Shown piece by piece: positions 60,730 through 64,000 of a DNA stretch of 64,000 bases (the stretch's first letter is position 1; every line of letters starts with the position of its first letter). The notes under the pieces are model-generated. The model saw nothing but the letters and a program-made list of their open reading frames with translations, was not told where the DNA came from and ran no database searches. The DNA comes from Macrostomum lignano. Lineage: Eukaryota. The translations under genes and the position numbers were made by a program. The stretch covers positions 684,395 to 748,394 of the forward strand of contig NIVC01000255.1 in the NCBI GenBank assembly GCA_002269645.1, read 5' to 3'.

Positions 60730-61535
60730 GGGCGATTATTTTATTAGTTAAGCGGCGATTTTTTCATTAGGCCAGCTAGGGTTAGGGGCGATTCTGATTA
60801 GTTCAGAACGATTCTTTGATTACTTCAGGGGTGATTCTTTAATTACTTCAGGGGCGATTCTTTAATTAGTTCAAGCGATTCTTTGATTAGTTCAGGCGAT
60901 TCTGATTAGTTATGGGGCGATTCTTTGATTAGTTCTGGGCGATTCTTTGATTAGTTCTGGGGCGATTCTTTGATTAGTTCAGGCGATTCTGATTAGTTCT
61001 GGGGCGATTTTTTGATTAGTTCAGGGGTGATTCTGATTAGTTCTGGGGCGATTCTTTGATTAGTTCAGGGGTGATTCTGATTAGTTCTGGGGCGATTCTT
61101 TGATTAGTTCAGGGATGATTCTGATTAGTTCTGGGGCGATTTTTTGATTAGTTCAGGCTTCAGGGGCGATTCTTTGATTAGTTCAGGCTTCAGGGGTGAT
61201 TCTTTAATTAGTTCAGGGGCGATTCTTTGATTAGTTCAGGCTTCAGGGGTGATTCTTTAATTAGTTCAGGGGCGATTCTTTGATTAGTTCAGGCTTCAGG
61301 GGTGATTCTTTAATTAGTTCAGGGCGATTCTTTGATTAGTTCAGGCTTCAGGGGTGATTCTTTAATTAGTTCAGGGGCGATTCTTTGATTAGTTCAGGCT
61401 TCAGGGGTGATTCTTTAATTAGTTCAGGGGCGATTCTTTGATTAGTTCAGGGCGATTCTGATTAGTTCAGGGCGATTCTGATTAGTTCAGGGCGATTCTG
61501 ATTAGTTCAGGGGCGAATTGCGGGGGCGATTAGTT
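60730..61535. repeat. ~22-30-bp minisatellite (GGGGCGATTCTTTGATTAGTTCA)n
   Basis: Tandem periodicity. Confidence 0.93.
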
Positions 61536-62049
61536 CAGGTGCAGCTGTCCCACAAAGAACTCACAAAGTCAAAGCATGCCCTGAAATGTATGAGAAAATA
61601 TCAGTTGATACACATTAAGCAACATACTTGATAATGTATTTCATTCTTGAATTAACACGTCCATCACGGTAAGTTGAAGTGAGTGAGAATCTTGCGCATT
61701 TATAGGTAAATATACACTGAACCATTTAAACCAATTCAATTTACATACGGCCCTAATCCTTTTCTAATGCTTATAATAACAATAATAATAATAATAATAG
61801 AAACATTGTATATATCACGGAAAGGTGTGAACTTCACAGCGCTTCTAGTGGCAATTTTATTTTACCTATACAATAAACACACCACTAACCGAAAGGCATT
61901 ACGCATAAAATAAAATATAGATTTTGTGTAGAATGAAACGCGCAAAGACAACCAGAACTCGTTGGCCGACTGACGTAAAACTATATAGCAACTTGGCAAC
62001 CTCAGCCTCTGGGTGCTGACTTGGGCGCAGAATATATTTATTGGTGATT

Positions 62050-62700
62050 GGAGAGAAGAGGAGAAATATTTAGGAGAGAGAGGGAGGGAGAGAGAGGGAG
62101 AAGGGAAGAGAGGGAGAGAGGGAGAGAGGGAGAGAGAGGGAGAGAGGGAGAGAGAGGTAGAGAGGGAGAGAGAGGGAGAGGGGAAGAGAGGGAGAGAGGG
62201 AGAGAGAGGGAGAGAGGAAGAGGGAGGAGGGGAGACAGGGAGAGAGGGGGGAGAGAGGGAGAGAAGGGAGAGAGGTAGGGGAGAGAGGGAGAGAGAGGGA
62301 GAAGGGGAGAGAGGGAGAGAGAGGGAGAGAGGGAGGATGGGAGAGAGGGAGGAGGGGAGAGAGGGAGAGAGGGAGAGAGAGGGGAGAGAGGGAGAGAGAG
62401 GGAGAGAGGGAGAGAGGGAGGAGGGAGAGAGAGGGGGGAGAGAGGGAGAGAGGAGAGAGAGGTAGGAGGGGAGAGAGGGAGAGAGGGGAGAGAGAGGGAG
62501 AGAGGGAGAGAGGGAGAGAGGAGAGAGAGGGAGAGAGGGAGGAGGGAGAGAGAGGAGAGAGGGAGGAGGGAGAGAGGGAGAGGGAGGGAGAGAGGGAGGA
62601 GGGAGAGAGGGAGGAGGGAGAGAGAGGGAGAGAGGGAGAGAGTTAGACAGGGGTAGAGAGGGGGGGGGAGGGAGAGGAAGTGGAGAGGAGGAGAGAGGAA
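62050..62700. repeat. GA-rich low-complexity tract
   Basis: Nearly pure G/A on the plus strand. Confidence 0.92.
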
Positions 62701-63439
62701 TGGAGGCAATGAGAATGCAGGTGAGAGAGCACAGGAGTGGATAGCAGGTGACAGACAGGAAGGCAAAAGCAGAGATACACAACAAGTCACCCAATAAGGC
62801 AGGGACAAAAAAGACAATTAATAAATTTGCAAATGAATAAATTGAGCGATTTGAAATTTGATTAAGAAAAAATTAAAGTTCACAGCACAATGATATTAGC
62901 AAGTTTAGTTAGATAGACAAGACACACTATTAAAATCTATTAAAGTTTAAAAATTAAAACAAACAGAAACGAATGCACAGAAGTTTACTAAATATATGAT
63001 AGAAAAATACGAAATGTTTTACAGCTTTTGTTTGTTGTTACTGTAATGACAGTGCGGGAGGAAAGTAGTGAAGCAATTTACAATAAAGAGTTACAGTGAT
63101 TAGAGTTGGAATTAAAAAACAAAATTTATAGCAGTGTCAAACAGACAACTTCGATGAGGCTGTGGAGCTGATAAACAAACTATTACTAATCATATCAGTA
63201 GCATATGTATCTCATAATTTGGCATTTTAAAACAAGTGAACACGCCATGATCAAACTCTCTACTCAGTGGTTAGTAGTAACGCAATGCTTTCGTGCATTT
63301 ATTAATATTAATAATGCTATTTTTTAGCAAATACGATCGAAGAAATGGAATGATATTTTTATAGAAATGAAAGGGGAAAAATCTGCGAAAAATATGAGCA
63401 TGTACGATCTATTTATAAGAATGTTATAAGATTCATAAA

Positions 63440-64000
63440 ACGTTTTAGGGCGATTTTTATTTTAGTTTTAGGGTGATTTTTCTGTTGATTTCAAGGCGAT
63501 TTTTTCTGTTGATTTCAGGGCGATTTTTGTGTTGATTTTAGGCCGATTTTTTGTTGGTTTTAGGCGATTTTTTGTTGGCTTTAGGGCGATTTTTGTGTTG
63601 ATTTCAGGGCGATTTTTCTGTTGATTTCAGGCGATTTTTGTTTGTTGATTTTAGGGCGATTTTTCTGTTGATTTCAGGGCGATTTTTGTGTTTGATTTTA
63701 GGGCGATTTTTGTTGGTTTTTAGGGCGATTTTTTGTTGGTTTTAGGGCTATTTTCTTGTTGATTTTAGGGCGATTTTTGTGCTGATTTTAGGCGATTTTT
63801 TGTGTTGATTTTAGGGCGATTTTTTGTTGGTTTTAGGGCGATTTTTTGTTGGTTTTAGGCTATTTTCTTTGTGGTTTTAGGGCTATTTTCTTGTGATTTT
63901 AGGGCGATTTTTTGTTGGTTTTAGGGCGATTTTCTTGTTGACTTTAGGGCGATTTTTTGTTGGTTTTAGGGCGATTTTTGTTGGTTTTAGGGCGATTTTT
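63440..64000. repeat. ~22-bp minisatellite (AGGGCGATTTTTTGTTGGTTTT)n running off the window end
   Basis: Tandem periodicity; shares the GGGCGATT core with the 60730-61535 repeat. Confidence 0.93.

Overview
This is eukaryotic (animal) genomic DNA. Short GC-rich exons are separated by introns that are each filled with their own minisatellite. This architecture, together with an NPF gene, suggests a free-living flatworm such as Macrostomum; that taxon call is an inference. Six spliced protein genes were reconstructed by hand. (1) A CLCA-like VWA protein on the minus strand runs off the left edge and has lost the HExxH zinc motif. (2) A nicotinic acetylcholine receptor-type Cys-loop subunit on the plus strand has two alternative N-terminal modules and is cut by an 803-N gap. 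(3) A geranylgeranyltransferase-I beta subunit (PGGT1B). (4) A retinoic acid receptor (RAR/NR1B)-like nuclear receptor whose pocket lacks the retinoic-acid-anchoring Arg. (5) A neuropeptide F precursor ending GRQRF-amide. (6) A divergent bestrophin with a charge-reversed Ca2+ clasp. After the gap lies an ~11 kb array of 17 copies of a ~647 bp unit. Each unit is a complete intron plus a symmetric phase-1 exon carrying a variable (GCA)n poly-Ala tract and an NLS-like KRKRR; the last copy is diverged and ends in a stop codon. Bestrophin introns hold a foldback MITE with an 8-bp TSD and a Harbinger-like remnant nested in a second inverted-repeat element. Several genes need a single-base insertion to restore frame, most likely long-read consensus errors. 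Most long ORFs in the supplied track are translations of minisatellites.
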